DNA of 64,000 nucleotides from Prevotella sp. GTDB lineage: Bacteria; Bacteroidota; Bacteroidia; Bacteroidales; Bacteroidaceae. Positions 18,196 to 27,684 of the stretch are shown here, piece after piece. A program made the position numbers and the translations under genes. The notes under the pieces were generated by a model. It was not told the origin of the DNA and ran no database searches. It saw nothing but the letters and a program-made list of their open reading frames with translations. Position 1 is the stretch's first letter, and the number at the start of each line of letters is the position of its first letter. Where the stretch lies: NCBI GenBank assembly GCA_017443345.1, contig JAFSNR010000039.1:6278-70277 (forward strand), written 5' to 3'.

Positions 18196-19608
18196 CTAAA
18201 ACCTCTCCAAATACATCTGTCGGACCTTCTTCGTCATGGCCCTATAATCCGTGCCCCCCATATCCTGACGCTTCATGCGAGGCATCACTTCCAAGGACAT
18301 GTGACCTGGATGCAGATGAAAAGATGTTTTGGGGAGCACCTTACCAAATCCCTTGATGACGACAGGAATGATATCCAGATTCAGTTTCTCGGCCAGATAG
18401 AATGCACCTCGATGAAAACGCTGGATCTTACAGGTAGCAGAGCGTGTACCCTCAGGGAAGATCACGACAGAGTAACCTTCCTTGATCTTCGTAGCCAGGT
18501 CATCCTGCATCTGCTCCGTATCTGACAACGGGAAGAAGTCGGCATAACGGATGATGATGCCGTAGAAGGGATTATGCCACACCCAGTTCTTCGTCAAGAT
18601 AATCAGTTTGGGTGCCAGCATCATGATACCCATCAGATCAAGATGGGACTGGTGATTGCTGACAATCATGGCCGGGGTGGCAAAGGTCTCACCAGAAGGA
18701 TTGATATAGGAATAAGTGGTGCCAGGCACGTGATGGATCACATATCGGGCCACTCTTTGCAGTATCTGATGATATTTTTCCTTATGACTGGGTGTCTTTC
18801 CTCCCAGGGTCAATAGGAAAAAGCCCAGTACGGTCAAATATAAGGCTGCCACCAGGAAGAAGCAGAAGGAAAAGATCGTGTATGCCCACTTCTTGATGAA
18901 AAAGAGGAGTGCCAGCAGACACAATATCGTATTCAGGACACTGATCCTGAAGAAGTCATAAACAGGGCGGAAATGACTCACCCGCTCTTCTGCTGGGGGG
19001 TAATACACCCTGACATTCACCCAGGAGATATCAACACCTGCCCATGCGGCATATACAAGGAATTCCAGTTCTGATTCGTAACGGGATGTGATCAGATTCA
19101 AGCCTTTCAATGAAGAAAGGGTGTAAAGTCTGAAACCACTTTGGGTGTCAGGCAGATTGATGCCTGTCTGCAAGCGGAACCAGAAGTTTGAGAATCGATT
19201 GGCGAAGGTGTTCTGTCGAGGCATGTTCTCCTCAGTCAAGTTCCGACATCCCACAATGATGCCTTCAGGATTCTCTTTCAGACCTTCCAGAAAGCAGGGG
19301 ATATCGTCGGCAAAGTGCTGACCATCAGCATCGATGGTGATGGCATGGGTATAGCCGAGTGCCATCGCTTTCCTGAAGCCTGAGACGAGTGCATAGCCCT
19401 TGCCCCGATTCTTGGAATAAGAGACGACTTCTATGGGTAGAGGACATGACTGGAGAATCGCCGCTGTCTGATCCGTACTGCCATCATTGACGACAATGAT
19501 AGAACGACAGTACTTCTCCACGTCCTCAATCACACGCATGACGGTGGTCGCATTATTGTAGGTTGGAATAATGACGCAGATCTTCTTATCTTCTTCGCGA
19601 CAATTCAT
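18196..19608 (-). CDS. Fusion of GT2 glycosyltransferase and PlsC-type acyltransferase
   Basis: N-terminal 'IIPTYNN...VVNDGSTD...GKGYAL...DADGQH...DTQSGFR'; C-terminal 'SNHQSHLD...FPEGTRS'. Confidence 0.88.
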   Translation of the reverse strand: MNCREEDKKICVIIPTYNNATTVMRVIEDVEKYCRSIIVVNDGSTDQTAAILQSCPLPIEVVSYSKNRGKGYALVSGFRKAMALGYTHAITIDADGQHFADDIPCFLEGLKENPEGIIVGCRNLTEENMPRQNTFANRFSNFWFRLQTGINLPDTQSGFRLYTLSSLKGLNLITSRYESELEFLVYAAWAGVDISWVNVRVYYPPAEERVSHFRPVYDFFRISVLNTILCLLALLFFIKKWAYTIFSFCFFLVAALYLTVLGFFLLTLGGKTPSHKEKYHQILQRVARYVIHHVPGTTYSYINPSGETFATPAMIVSNHQSHLDLMGIMMLAPKLIILTKNWVWHNPFYGIIIRYADFFPLSDTEQMQDDLATKIKEGYSVVIFPEGTRSATCKIQRFHRGAFYLAEKLNLDIIPVVIKGFGKVLPKTSFHLHPGHMSLEVMPRMKRQDMGGTDYRAMTKKVRQMYLERF

Positions 19609-19610
19609 GC

Positions 19611-19976
19611 TTATACAACCTTGAACAATAGAGACATCTTGGTATATTGGGCCTCTTCGTTTTCAACACTGACATTCACCTTGAAAAGATCATCATCTTG
19701 GGCCATATCCGTAAAAATGAAGGACATGACCTCGCCAGGTCTGACGATTTTCTTGAATTTGATACTTTTAAGCAAACTGAGGTCATAGGTATGATGATAT
19801 TCTAATTCCAAGATCTCCGACGCCATCTGAATCAGACAAACGCCTGGGGTGATGGGATTGCCAGGGAAATGGGATTGGTATATCAGGCAGTCAGGATTGA
19901 ACTTCACCTGGTAGGTCAATGCGCCATCAACACTATCCTTACCTATGATTTCATATAACTCATTTAATAGTTTCAT
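19611..19976 (-). CDS. FabA/FabZ-like hotdog dehydratase
   Basis: 'SHFPGNPITPGVCLIQ'. Confidence 0.8.
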   Translation of the reverse strand: MKLLNELYEIIGKDSVDGALTYQVKFNPDCLIYQSHFPGNPITPGVCLIQMASEILELEYHHTYDLSLLKSIKFKKIVRPGEVMSFIFTDMAQDDDLFKVNVSVENEEAQYTKMSLLFKVV

Positions 19977-20398
19977 TGTTCGCTGATCATTGGAGTGAAT
20001 GTATAATAGATCTTATATCGGCTGTTGACGGCCTCGATTTCACCATCCGGTTTAAACTGTATGCTGCGTGACTTCTTCTTAAAGTCCACACCTTGCTCCA
20101 TCTGTGACAGAATAAAAGCCAGATCCTTCCTCAACACCTTACGGATATACCACTTGTCGAGGAACGCCACGATATTCAGTAGCTGGACCTTCTTGTTGTC
20201 GTATATGAAGTCGAAGGCTTTCATGCCAAACTCGTTGACGACCGTTCCCACGATACCATCATCAGCCGACTGGTCCATCATGCAAATACCAGTGAAGTCA
20301 TGGCCTCTGACCTGCATTCGCAGCTGATAATCCTTTGACAGGCATGGTGTCTGAAACAGGAACAGCAACAGGCTAATGAACAGCAAACATCTTTTCAT
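19973..20398 (-). CDS. Exported hypothetical protein of the cluster
   Basis: Signal-like N-terminus, in operon with 4-nt overlap (ATGA); no recognised domain. Confidence 0.6.
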   Translation of the reverse strand: MKRCLLFISLLLFLFQTPCLSKDYQLRMQVRGHDFTGICMMDQSADDGIVGTVVNEFGMKAFDFIYDNKKVQLLNIVAFLDKWYIRKVLRKDLAFILSQMEQGVDFKKKSRSIQFKPDGEIEAVNSRYKIYYTFTPMISEQ

Positions 20399-21005
20399 CG
20401 ACAGCAACGTTTAGCTTGGTGTTGATGAGATTGACACGGGTTTCATCGCCCGTCTTTTCTACCATCCTGACGCTGTTGACCATCGTCAAGGCAGGATCAA
20501 AATAAATCTCTATGACCTGATAGAGTTGTTTAAGCTCTTTCTTCTTAGGGAACAGCTTGGCAAAGTAGCTGTTGTCCTTCTTATAGACCTCCACGTTAAA
20601 GTCGGAAGAGCTCTTCAGACTACCGCCTGTCACACTGTTCAGAATGATATTCGTGATCTGACGGAACATCTTATTCCCCTGGACATCAATATTCTTTGTT
20701 GATTTCGAGGACTTGATCTGGACCTTGTCACCATTCAGGATAAAGGTGTAATCATAGGGGGAAGTGTATTGCCAGCGCAGTTTGTTGGGACGCTTGAAAT
20801 ACATGATGCCCTTGGACTGCATCTCTTTACTTAACAGCTTCATGCTCTTGGTCTGCGTGAACTCACACTGCATCCCTGTCATGGCCGAAGCCGTCTTGTC
20901 TATTTTCTCTATCATCTGTTTCTGCTGTTCTGCAGTCAGTTTCGTTTGCCCCAGTAATGGCAACGAGGACATGAAAGTCAACAGGATCAATAATCGTCGG
21001 ATCAT
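20373..21005 (-). CDS. LolA-like outer-membrane lipoprotein carrier family protein
   Basis: 'FTQTK...SKGIMYFKRPNKLRWQYTSPYDY'; signal peptide. Confidence 0.85.
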   Translation of the reverse strand: MIRRLLILLTFMSSLPLLGQTKLTAEQQKQMIEKIDKTASAMTGMQCEFTQTKSMKLLSKEMQSKGIMYFKRPNKLRWQYTSPYDYTFILNGDKVQIKSSKSTKNIDVQGNKMFRQITNIILNSVTGGSLKSSSDFNVEVYKKDNSYFAKLFPKKKELKQLYQVIEIYFDPALTMVNSVRMVEKTGDETRVNLINTKLNVAVDEKMFAVH

Positions 21006-21014
21006 CTTATATTA

Positions 21015-21371
21015 CTATTTTGCTATTAATACACAACCAGTTAGAATCAGGAACACCCCAAGCCATCTTTCCACAGGCACATGTTCATGAAAGAAGATGA
21101 TGGCAGCAAACATACCCATCACATAGCTCAGACTGACCATCGGATAGGCCATACTGAAAGGGAAATGCTTGATGATATACATCCATAATATGGAACCTGC
21201 ACCGTAACATAATCCACAGCTGATGAACTGCCAATTAAAAAACAGTCGGTGGAAATACTGCCAGGTGAACGAGAAGGCGCCTGCTTTCATCAAGCCATAT
21301 TTCATCAGAACCTGGCCACCAGTAAGAAGCATGCACTGCAACAACGATATGGGCAAAAGCTTTAATATCAT
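21015..21371 (-). CDS. Small 4-TM EamA/SMR (ArnE/F-like) membrane protein
   Basis: 118 aa, 'GQVLMKYG', 'PFSMAYPMVSLSYV', 'FFHEHVPVERWLG'. Confidence 0.78.
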   Translation of the reverse strand: MILKLLPISLLQCMLLTGGQVLMKYGLMKAGAFSFTWQYFHRLFFNWQFISCGLCYGAGSILWMYIIKHFPFSMAYPMVSLSYVMGMFAAIIFFHEHVPVERWLGVFLILTGCVLIAK

Positions 21372-21372
21372 A

Positions 21373-21387
21373 CTAACCCCTAACCCC
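21373..21387 (-). repeat. 2 x GGGTTAG heptamer forming the CLF stop
   Basis: Plus strand CTAACCC CTAACCC C. Confidence 0.55.
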
Positions 21388-22416
21388 TTTCATCAAAACC
21401 AGTGAACAATCGCCACTCTCTACCATATTCAACAGAAGAATGCTGCTAAACTCATTATCGACAGGCAAACTGTCATGATCGTACATCATAGAGGGGATCA
21501 TCTGCTTTTTCAACAGGTGAGCTGCAGCATAGGCGCCTAATGCTGACACCGTGTAATTCTCGCCGAACAAGTGCTTATAACGGAGAAGCGGCTTGTGGGG
21601 GAACAAGTGCTCGATGGTGTCTCTATAGGGCTTGTCATTTCTCGGGTTACCATTGACACCTGTCATCACGGCACTGACATCTGCCAGCGAAACGCCTGCG
21701 GAATCGAGTAACTCGTCGAGCACTCTCCTGAGTTTCTCCATGGAAGGGCGATAACAAAGACGGATGCCTGCCATCTCACATAAGGCATCTGCCGGCTTTT
21801 CTGCATTTAACAGCATGGACATCGAGACCTCGCTGCAGGGAGCCATCCCTTCAAGGCCTACATAGCCGACCTTACGGACCAAGTTGAAATGGGAATCCAC
21901 CATTTCGTCATAGCCTCCAACCAAGGCCGTTTTGATTTTACCCAATCGGAACTGCATCCAGGCATCCAGCAAAGCTGAATCAAAGCTGGCGCCTCCATGA
22001 GAATAGGTGGTATTATAGCCATGGGTCTTTGTGTAAATGCCAAGGGCTGATCCCACGGTGTTATGTGTGGACTGCATGAAATAGGTAGGACTGACCGTTT
22101 CCTCGCCATTCTCAACCAGATCGTCCAGAATCCTTACCGTATAATCCAGACTGCCCAGACACGTACCAGTAATGATGGCATCAGGATGCTCGATCCCCGT
22201 GTCCTTCAACACTTTCAGGGAGGTTACCAAGGCACGTTTCATCAAGTTTCCCATACGACGGGCCTCATTGGGAGCCAGATAGTCACGGAAAGACGGATTC
22301 ACAGCCTTCACCAAAGGCTCCTCATAGGAGATGGGGGCGTTCATCCATTCTTCTGACAGCGGAGTCTGAATGGAAATCTGTTCTGCTGCTTGTATATATA
22401 CCTTTCTGCTTTCCAT
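21373..22416 (-). CDS. Ketosynthase chain-length-factor-like protein
   Basis: 'ARRMG..MKRAL', 'SPTYFMQSTHNTVG', 'SFDSALLDA'; no KS Cys/His motifs. Start moved to MESRK. Confidence 0.82.
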   Translation of the reverse strand: MESRKVYIQAAEQISIQTPLSEEWMNAPISYEEPLVKAVNPSFRDYLAPNEARRMGNLMKRALVTSLKVLKDTGIEHPDAIITGTCLGSLDYTVRILDDLVENGEETVSPTYFMQSTHNTVGSALGIYTKTHGYNTTYSHGGASFDSALLDAWMQFRLGKIKTALVGGYDEMVDSHFNLVRKVGYVGLEGMAPCSEVSMSMLLNAEKPADALCEMAGIRLCYRPSMEKLRRVLDELLDSAGVSLADVSAVMTGVNGNPRNDKPYRDTIEHLFPHKPLLRYKHLFGENYTVSALGAYAAAHLLKKQMIPSMMYDHDSLPVDNEFSSILLLNMVESGDCSLVLMKGVRG

Positions 22417-22417
22417 A

Positions 22418-23614
22418 TCAGCTTCTTGTTTTCGAGATGATGATAGAGGAATCATTGCCTCCAAACCCAAAGGCATTACTCAGGATATTCCTGATTTCAG
22501 ATGGCGGACATGTATCCGTCACAGGGATGATACCGTTATCCATCGGGGTCTGCCAGTTCAGGTTCGGTGGCAGGAACTGGTTCTGAAGAGCCAGGATGCA
22601 GAACACGGCCTCGATACTGCCTGAGGCACTGGTGGTATGACCTGTAAACGACTTCGTCGATGACACAGCGGGGATCTGGTCACCAAACAAACGCCTGATG
22701 GCCTGACTCTCGCTCTCATCGTTATTGGGAGTTCCTGTACCATGGGCATTGATATACTGAATCTCGTCAGGAGTCATTCCTGCGACCTTCAATGCTTCCT
22801 GCATGGCCAGGAATGCGCCTTCGCCATCGGGTGAAGAGGCCGTCTGATGGAAGGCATCACAGGCATTGCCATAACCTCGTAATTCACACAAGGGCGTAAC
22901 GCCTCTCTTTTTGACTGATGCTGCCGTCTCCATGACCAGATAGGCTGCGCCCTCGCCCAGGTTCAGGCCTGCCCTGTCTTTATCAAATGGTCTGCACGGA
23001 CGCTGATCCAATATCATCAGGGCATTAAAACCATTCAGATGGAACTTTGACAAGCATTCCGATCCTCCGACGACAACGATATCCGCTAACCCGCACTGCA
23101 ACATGTTGGCGCCTGTAATCATGGCGTTAGTAGCCGAAGAACAGGCCGTAGACAAGGTTGAAATGGTAGCGAAATCGCCAAATGGCTCAGCTGTCATTTC
23201 CGAACTGTCGGCACAATTATGGTTAGCTATTGCAGCAAAAGCGGCATCGCAATTGGGTTCCTTGGCATGGAACAATTCTCTGCGATCCATACCACCCACC
23301 GTCGTAGCAGAGATGAAAGCGACCTCTTTCAGCATATCGCCCTCTAAAGAGGCTTCTTTTAATGCTTCGCGCAAAGCCAGCCTTCCGATCAGGACTGTCC
23401 TGGGAATCTGAGGTTCGTATGCAACGCCTAATAGCTGCATCATCTCCTCATTGCTGAGTTTTACCTCGCCCACGGGCAATTCCTCGTGGACAGACTGTAA
23501 GTATTTCATCTTGGAAATACCGCTCAGTCCTTCCCGCAGTGAGGTCAGCGTCTCATCTTTACCCACACCAATGGCAGACACGACACCTGCACCTGTTATG
23601 TATATCGGATTCAA
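22418..23614 (-). CDS. Beta-ketoacyl-ACP synthase (KS-alpha type)
   Basis: 'STACSSA' Cys, 'NAHGTGTPNND', 'KSFTGHT', 'NAFGFGG'; TTG start. Confidence 0.92.
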   Translation of the reverse strand: MNPIYITGAGVVSAIGVGKDETLTSLREGLSGISKMKYLQSVHEELPVGEVKLSNEEMMQLLGVAYEPQIPRTVLIGRLALREALKEASLEGDMLKEVAFISATTVGGMDRRELFHAKEPNCDAAFAAIANHNCADSSEMTAEPFGDFATISTLSTACSSATNAMITGANMLQCGLADIVVVGGSECLSKFHLNGFNALMILDQRPCRPFDKDRAGLNLGEGAAYLVMETAASVKKRGVTPLCELRGYGNACDAFHQTASSPDGEGAFLAMQEALKVAGMTPDEIQYINAHGTGTPNNDESESQAIRRLFGDQIPAVSSTKSFTGHTTSASGSIEAVFCILALQNQFLPPNLNWQTPMDNGIIPVTDTCPPSEIRNILSNAFGFGGNDSSIIISKTRS

Positions 23615-23626
23615 AGCGGAAGTGGT

Positions 23627-23884
23627 TTATTTGGTTCTGTTCTTGGTGATGAAATCAGCCATCACATTTACAGACTGAAACACTTCCTTGCCTTTCTGGG
23701 GATCTTTCAGCTTAATGCCATACTTCTTCTCCATCAAAACGATGAGTTCGAGAGCATCAATGGAGTCCAGTCCAAGACCACTGCCAAACAAAGGGGCATC
23801 GGCATCGATATTCTCGGGCTTGACATCTTCAAGATTCAATGCTTCAATAATACTCTCTTTCAACTCTAATACTAAATCTTCCAT
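23627..23884 (-). CDS. Acyl carrier protein
   Basis: 'GLGLDSIDALEL' phosphopantetheine serine motif; 85 aa, acidic. Confidence 0.93.
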   Translation of the reverse strand: MEDLVLELKESIIEALNLEDVKPENIDADAPLFGSGLGLDSIDALELIVLMEKKYGIKLKDPQKGKEVFQSVNVMADFITKNRTK

Positions 23885-23892
23885 AATCTATT

Positions 23893-24465
23893 CTATTTTG
23901 TTATTATTTTCATTCTTGCTTCAAAATGACTACTGTCATAGTAGTCTACCCAGCCTGTCAACATGCTCTGCGTATCGTCATCCATGAAACTGACATCGAT
24001 GATCTTCTGAATCGTCTCTTCATCTTCATGATCCAACACATAGAAGGAGGTCTCTCCAAGATACTTGTTCCGAATGGAGATTTCTCCCGTGATGATATTA
24101 GGAAGCGTGTAGACAAATACAGACGGACTGGGGAAATAATTGTCTGCGTCGTTGATCGTTGACTGATAATGACGGTCGGCATCCAAAGAACCACTACGGT
24201 TAAACAGGATGACGGCACGGTCTTCGCGAGGCTGGGATCTGTCTTCTCCAAGCGAGGCAATCATCAACTCTGAGGCGATAAAACCCAGTTTACACAAGCC
24301 ATCCATCTTGAAGAACTTCGGATAGTCGTTGATGAAACTGCGATAGGCCTCGTTGAGCATAGACAGACCTGTCCCTGCTACTGACAACTCTGCTCCATTT
24401 AAACTGATACGTTCTGGAGTGATCTCGATCTCAGCGATGGAATGATGTTTTAAATCGGGCATCAT
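23893..24465 (-). CDS. Ketosynthase N-terminal-like / CLF-like partner protein
   Basis: 'YPKFFKMDGLCKLG', 'FPSPSVFVYTLPNI'; no catalytic Cys. Confidence 0.75.
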   Translation of the reverse strand: MMPDLKHHSIAEIEITPERISLNGAELSVAGTGLSMLNEAYRSFINDYPKFFKMDGLCKLGFIASELMIASLGEDRSQPREDRAVILFNRSGSLDADRHYQSTINDADNYFPSPSVFVYTLPNIITGEISIRNKYLGETSFYVLDHEDEETIQKIIDVSFMDDDTQSMLTGWVDYYDSSHFEARMKIITK

Positions 24466-24466
24466 G

Positions 24467-25618
24467 TCAAACTCTCTTGAACAGCATGGCAGCGTTACAT
24501 CCACCAAAACCTGACATCAATTTAATAAATGAACGTTTGTCGGTCTCTATCATCTCTGAGGTAACCATGATCTTTCTGCTGACGCCAAGGTTCTCAAAAC
24601 CTCTGGTAGGCAGGATCATCCCATCATTAAGCGCACAGATGGATATGATGGTTTCCAATACCCCCGCAGCACCCATCGTATGACCGAAATAACCTTTCAG
24701 ACTGTTGACTGGCAAGGTGTTCAATCCTGCTCTGTCGATAGCAACAGACTCCATCTCGTCATTAAACAAGGTGGCTGTGCCATGTGCATTCAGGAAAGCG
24801 ATGTCATCAAGATTCTGGTTCTGAAGGACACGTCGGAGCGCCCTATAACAGCCTTCACCCTTATTGGAGGGACTGGAGATATGGAACGCGTCATTCCGGA
24901 TGGCACCTGCCTCCAAATACCAATCACCATGCTTCAGAGCCTGCTTCTCCACACCTTTGTAGATGACCGTAGCTGCAGCATCTCCAAGGTTGATGCCTGT
25001 CCTGTCATCATCAAACGGACGGCATGGTTGATCAGTAAGCGCCTTCAACGATTGGAATCCAGAAACAATAAACGGCGTCAGGACATCAACACCACAGACG
25101 ATCACGTGGTCGTAATAGCCAGCTTCCAGGAAACGGGCAGCCACGATCTGACCACTGGCACCTGAGATGCAGGCATTGGATATCACAACGGGCTGATTGG
25201 GATTGCCCAGATTCGCAGCAATAGCCTTTGCAGCCTCTCCCAGCATCACTTGATCTTCGGCTATATCATCAGGGCGATGACTTAACAAGTCGACATTTCC
25301 CTTTGTCGATGACAGGATGATCAAGGTCTTCTCGGATGTCACATCCACCTCACACTGACTCAATGCCTGACGAATAGAAAGAATGGCCATCTTCTCGAAG
25401 AAAGTTTCATGGCCCGATATGCCTGCTGCTTCGCACGCAGCAAGCACTTCGTCATGACGAATCAGCGCTGCCATAAAAGGATCACCTCCCCCCCACTCTT
25501 CGCCATAGCGAGAGAGGCAGGAACGGCCATTCTTCACAGCGTCATAATTAGCTGACGTATGAAAGCCAAGTGGAGAGATGATATTATCTGCAATGAGAGC
25601 AGCTACTCTTTCAGCCAT
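24467..25618 (-). CDS. Beta-ketoacyl-ACP synthase
   Basis: 'ISNACISG' Cys, 'NAHGTATLFND', 'GYFGHTMGAAG', 'SGFGGCNAA'. Confidence 0.92.
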   Translation of the reverse strand: MAERVAALIADNIISPLGFHTSANYDAVKNGRSCLSRYGEEWGGGDPFMAALIRHDEVLAACEAAGISGHETFFEKMAILSIRQALSQCEVDVTSEKTLIILSSTKGNVDLLSHRPDDIAEDQVMLGEAAKAIAANLGNPNQPVVISNACISGASGQIVAARFLEAGYYDHVIVCGVDVLTPFIVSGFQSLKALTDQPCRPFDDDRTGINLGDAAATVIYKGVEKQALKHGDWYLEAGAIRNDAFHISSPSNKGEGCYRALRRVLQNQNLDDIAFLNAHGTATLFNDEMESVAIDRAGLNTLPVNSLKGYFGHTMGAAGVLETIISICALNDGMILPTRGFENLGVSRKIMVTSEMIETDKRSFIKLMSGFGGCNAAMLFKRV

Positions 25619-26022
25619 TTGTTCTTCCAGTCTTCGTAAAAAGGAGGATTAATCCACATCAGCTCATAATTGAAATCCATGAAGACCTGGACGGACGTGG
25701 CGGTAGCCATGATTTCCTGACTCTCCGCATCACGAATCTCATAATCAAAGATGATCTTGGCAGCCTCCGTATAACGGTAATGGATGGTTATCTCGGGCTG
25801 CATGCCGTATCTCAATGGTCTTTTATACTGAATGGATAAGTCGACAATGGGTGCAAACACCTTGTTTTCCTCAAAGACATCATATCCCAACTCGTAAACA
25901 CTGCCAAAATACTCTCGCGCATCTTCGAAATACTTAGCATACGCTCCATGCCAAACGACTCGCATGGCATCGATTTCACTGAAGCGTATCTTGATCTTGA
26001 TTGTGGCTGAAAGCGTCTTCAT
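25603..26022 (-). CDS. Acyl-CoA/ACP thioesterase (4HBT family)
   Basis: 'RFSEIDAMRVVWHGAYAKYFEDARE'. Confidence 0.9.
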   Translation of the reverse strand: MKTLSATIKIKIRFSEIDAMRVVWHGAYAKYFEDAREYFGSVYELGYDVFEENKVFAPIVDLSIQYKRPLRYGMQPEITIHYRYTEAAKIIFDYEIRDAESQEIMATATSVQVFMDFNYELMWINPPFYEDWKNKWLKE

Positions 26023-26026
26023 CTTT

Positions 26027-26479
26027 TCAGTTTTCCGGCTGTGCCTGATTTGTTGCTGCCATATCAGTCAATGCGATCTTGATACGAGCCGTTGATATGA
26101 CTTCATCATCAATCTTCACCGTGACGCTGGCCAGGGTCAGATTGAAGATGTCCTCTATGATATTCACATAAGTGGTCAACTTCTCGTGGCACTTGGGGCG
26201 TCGCAGAATCTGGCAGTTACGAATATCACCGATAAAACCCAGTTTCACCGATTCTTTCTCCTGCATATTGATACACCCCATTCTGGCAGCACATGATTGA
26301 GCGATGTTTTCTATAATACCTGTCGGTGCCAGCGTCATATCATCGAGGAAGATATTATCCTCGCGTACGACAAACTCCGTAACAGCGTCTGTCATGTCAC
26401 AGCTGAGCACCCTGTCCACCATCACAAACGGTGGACGCTGCGGTATCAGGTTGGTTATAGGAATATCCTTTAATTCCAT
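26027..26479 (-). CDS. Hotdog-fold 3-hydroxyacyl-ACP dehydratase-like protein
   Basis: 'LIPQRPPFVMVD', 'GIIENIAQSCAA', 'GFIG'. Confidence 0.82.
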   Translation of the reverse strand: MELKDIPITNLIPQRPPFVMVDRVLSCDMTDAVTEFVVREDNIFLDDMTLAPTGIIENIAQSCAARMGCINMQEKESVKLGFIGDIRNCQILRRPKCHEKLTTYVNIIEDIFNLTLASVTVKIDDEVISTARIKIALTDMAATNQAQPEN

Positions 26480-26487
26480 AAAAGCGA

Positions 26488-26730
26488 TTAAGCCACCTTT
26501 GACTCTATGTAGTCATAGAATTGGGAAAGTGTCTTAACGGTTGACATCTCCTGAGGTTTGATCTTGAAACCGAAGTTCTTTTCCACAATAACTACAATAT
26601 CTACATAGTCGAGGCTGTCAATACCCATATCTTCTTTCAATTTAGCCTCCGGAAAAATGTTTTCCTCATCTATTTCAAGGTCATCAATCAGGAATGCCTT
26701 TACTTTCTCTTCAATTTCTTCTCTTGACAT
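26488..26730 (-). CDS. Acyl carrier protein
   Basis: 'MGIDSLDYVD' motif; 80 aa. Confidence 0.93.
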   Translation of the reverse strand: MSREEIEEKVKAFLIDDLEIDEENIFPEAKLKEDMGIDSLDYVDIVVIVEKNFGFKIKPQEMSTVKTLSQFYDYIESKVA

Positions 26731-26767
26731 AATATAACTGTTTTAATTGATTAATAATGATCCTCTC

Positions 26768-27667
26768 TTACTGTGCCCAGAAATCAAAGTAATTGTACCA
26801 TTGAGTGGGATAAAGTCGGATAATCCGCTCCAACTCTTTGATATAATTTCCGGACAGCTCCTTAATTTGCTCTGCACGAGATGCATTCTTATCATAATGC
26901 AACGGCGTCACGAATATTTTGTAACTTTTGGTTGATTTCTTGACAACATGAACTGCAAGTGCCTCTACGCCACGTATCGCTACCACCTGAAATGGTCCGA
27001 GCGGCAGATGGGCTTCCTTCCCCAGGAATGTCTGGGAAACATATTTGTGAGAGCCCCAGATACGGTCGGCAGGGATGCTGACGGTCTCACCATCAGCCAA
27101 GGCTCTGTTGATCTCAAACAAGTGACTCATATCTGATTTCATGGCTATCATGTGGATATTGGCACCCATAAAGAGTTTCTGCCTGTTATTCATGACCTCC
27201 TTCTTTTCCCCATCATAGACCAACGCATTAAAAGGCTTTTTATCGGCTACAAGGGTATAACCTGCTATTTCATAATTCCCGATATGAGAACTCAACTGGA
27301 CAAATCCTTCTGGCATATCGGCTAATTTCAGATAATTATCATACCCTTCAAGCTCGACATCAAATCGCTTGCCTCCATACATGGCAAACTTATCCAAGAC
27401 TGCCTGGGCGAACAGACAGTGGTTTTTGATGGTCATTAAGAAGGAACGCCATTTCGAATATCCTAATCGCTCATGCAAGAAACGATATGCATGCTTAAAA
27501 CCTGGTCTGAGAAAGCAAGGTGGAACCACAAAGATATAAGCTATGGCGTAAAAGAAACGAATGTCAACAGCCTGTAGCATCCTGATGAGTCCACGATGCA
27601 TAAAGCTGGTGCCAAAGGTCGTCCCTTCCCACTGCTTATCTGTCAGATTCTTATTCTCCACCATCAC
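26768..27667 (-). CDS. LpxL-like (lipid A / aryl-polyene type) acyltransferase 1
   Basis: 'LSSHIGNYEIAG', 'PADR', 'PTQWYNY'. Confidence 0.82.
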   Translation of the reverse strand: MMVENKNLTDKQWEGTTFGTSFMHRGLIRMLQAVDIRFFYAIAYIFVVPPCFLRPGFKHAYRFLHERLGYSKWRSFLMTIKNHCLFAQAVLDKFAMYGGKRFDVELEGYDNYLKLADMPEGFVQLSSHIGNYEIAGYTLVADKKPFNALVYDGEKKEVMNNRQKLFMGANIHMIAMKSDMSHLFEINRALADGETVSIPADRIWGSHKYVSQTFLGKEAHLPLGPFQVVAIRGVEALAVHVVKKSTKSYKIFVTPLHYDKNASRAEQIKELSGNYIKELERIIRLYPTQWYNYFDFWAQ

Positions 27668-27684
27668 TTCTCACTTTTCACTAC
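27664..27684 (-). repeat. 3 x NNAGTGA heptamer forming the methyltransferase C-terminus and stop
   Basis: mRNA GTAGTGA AAAGTGA GAAGTGA. Confidence 0.6.
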
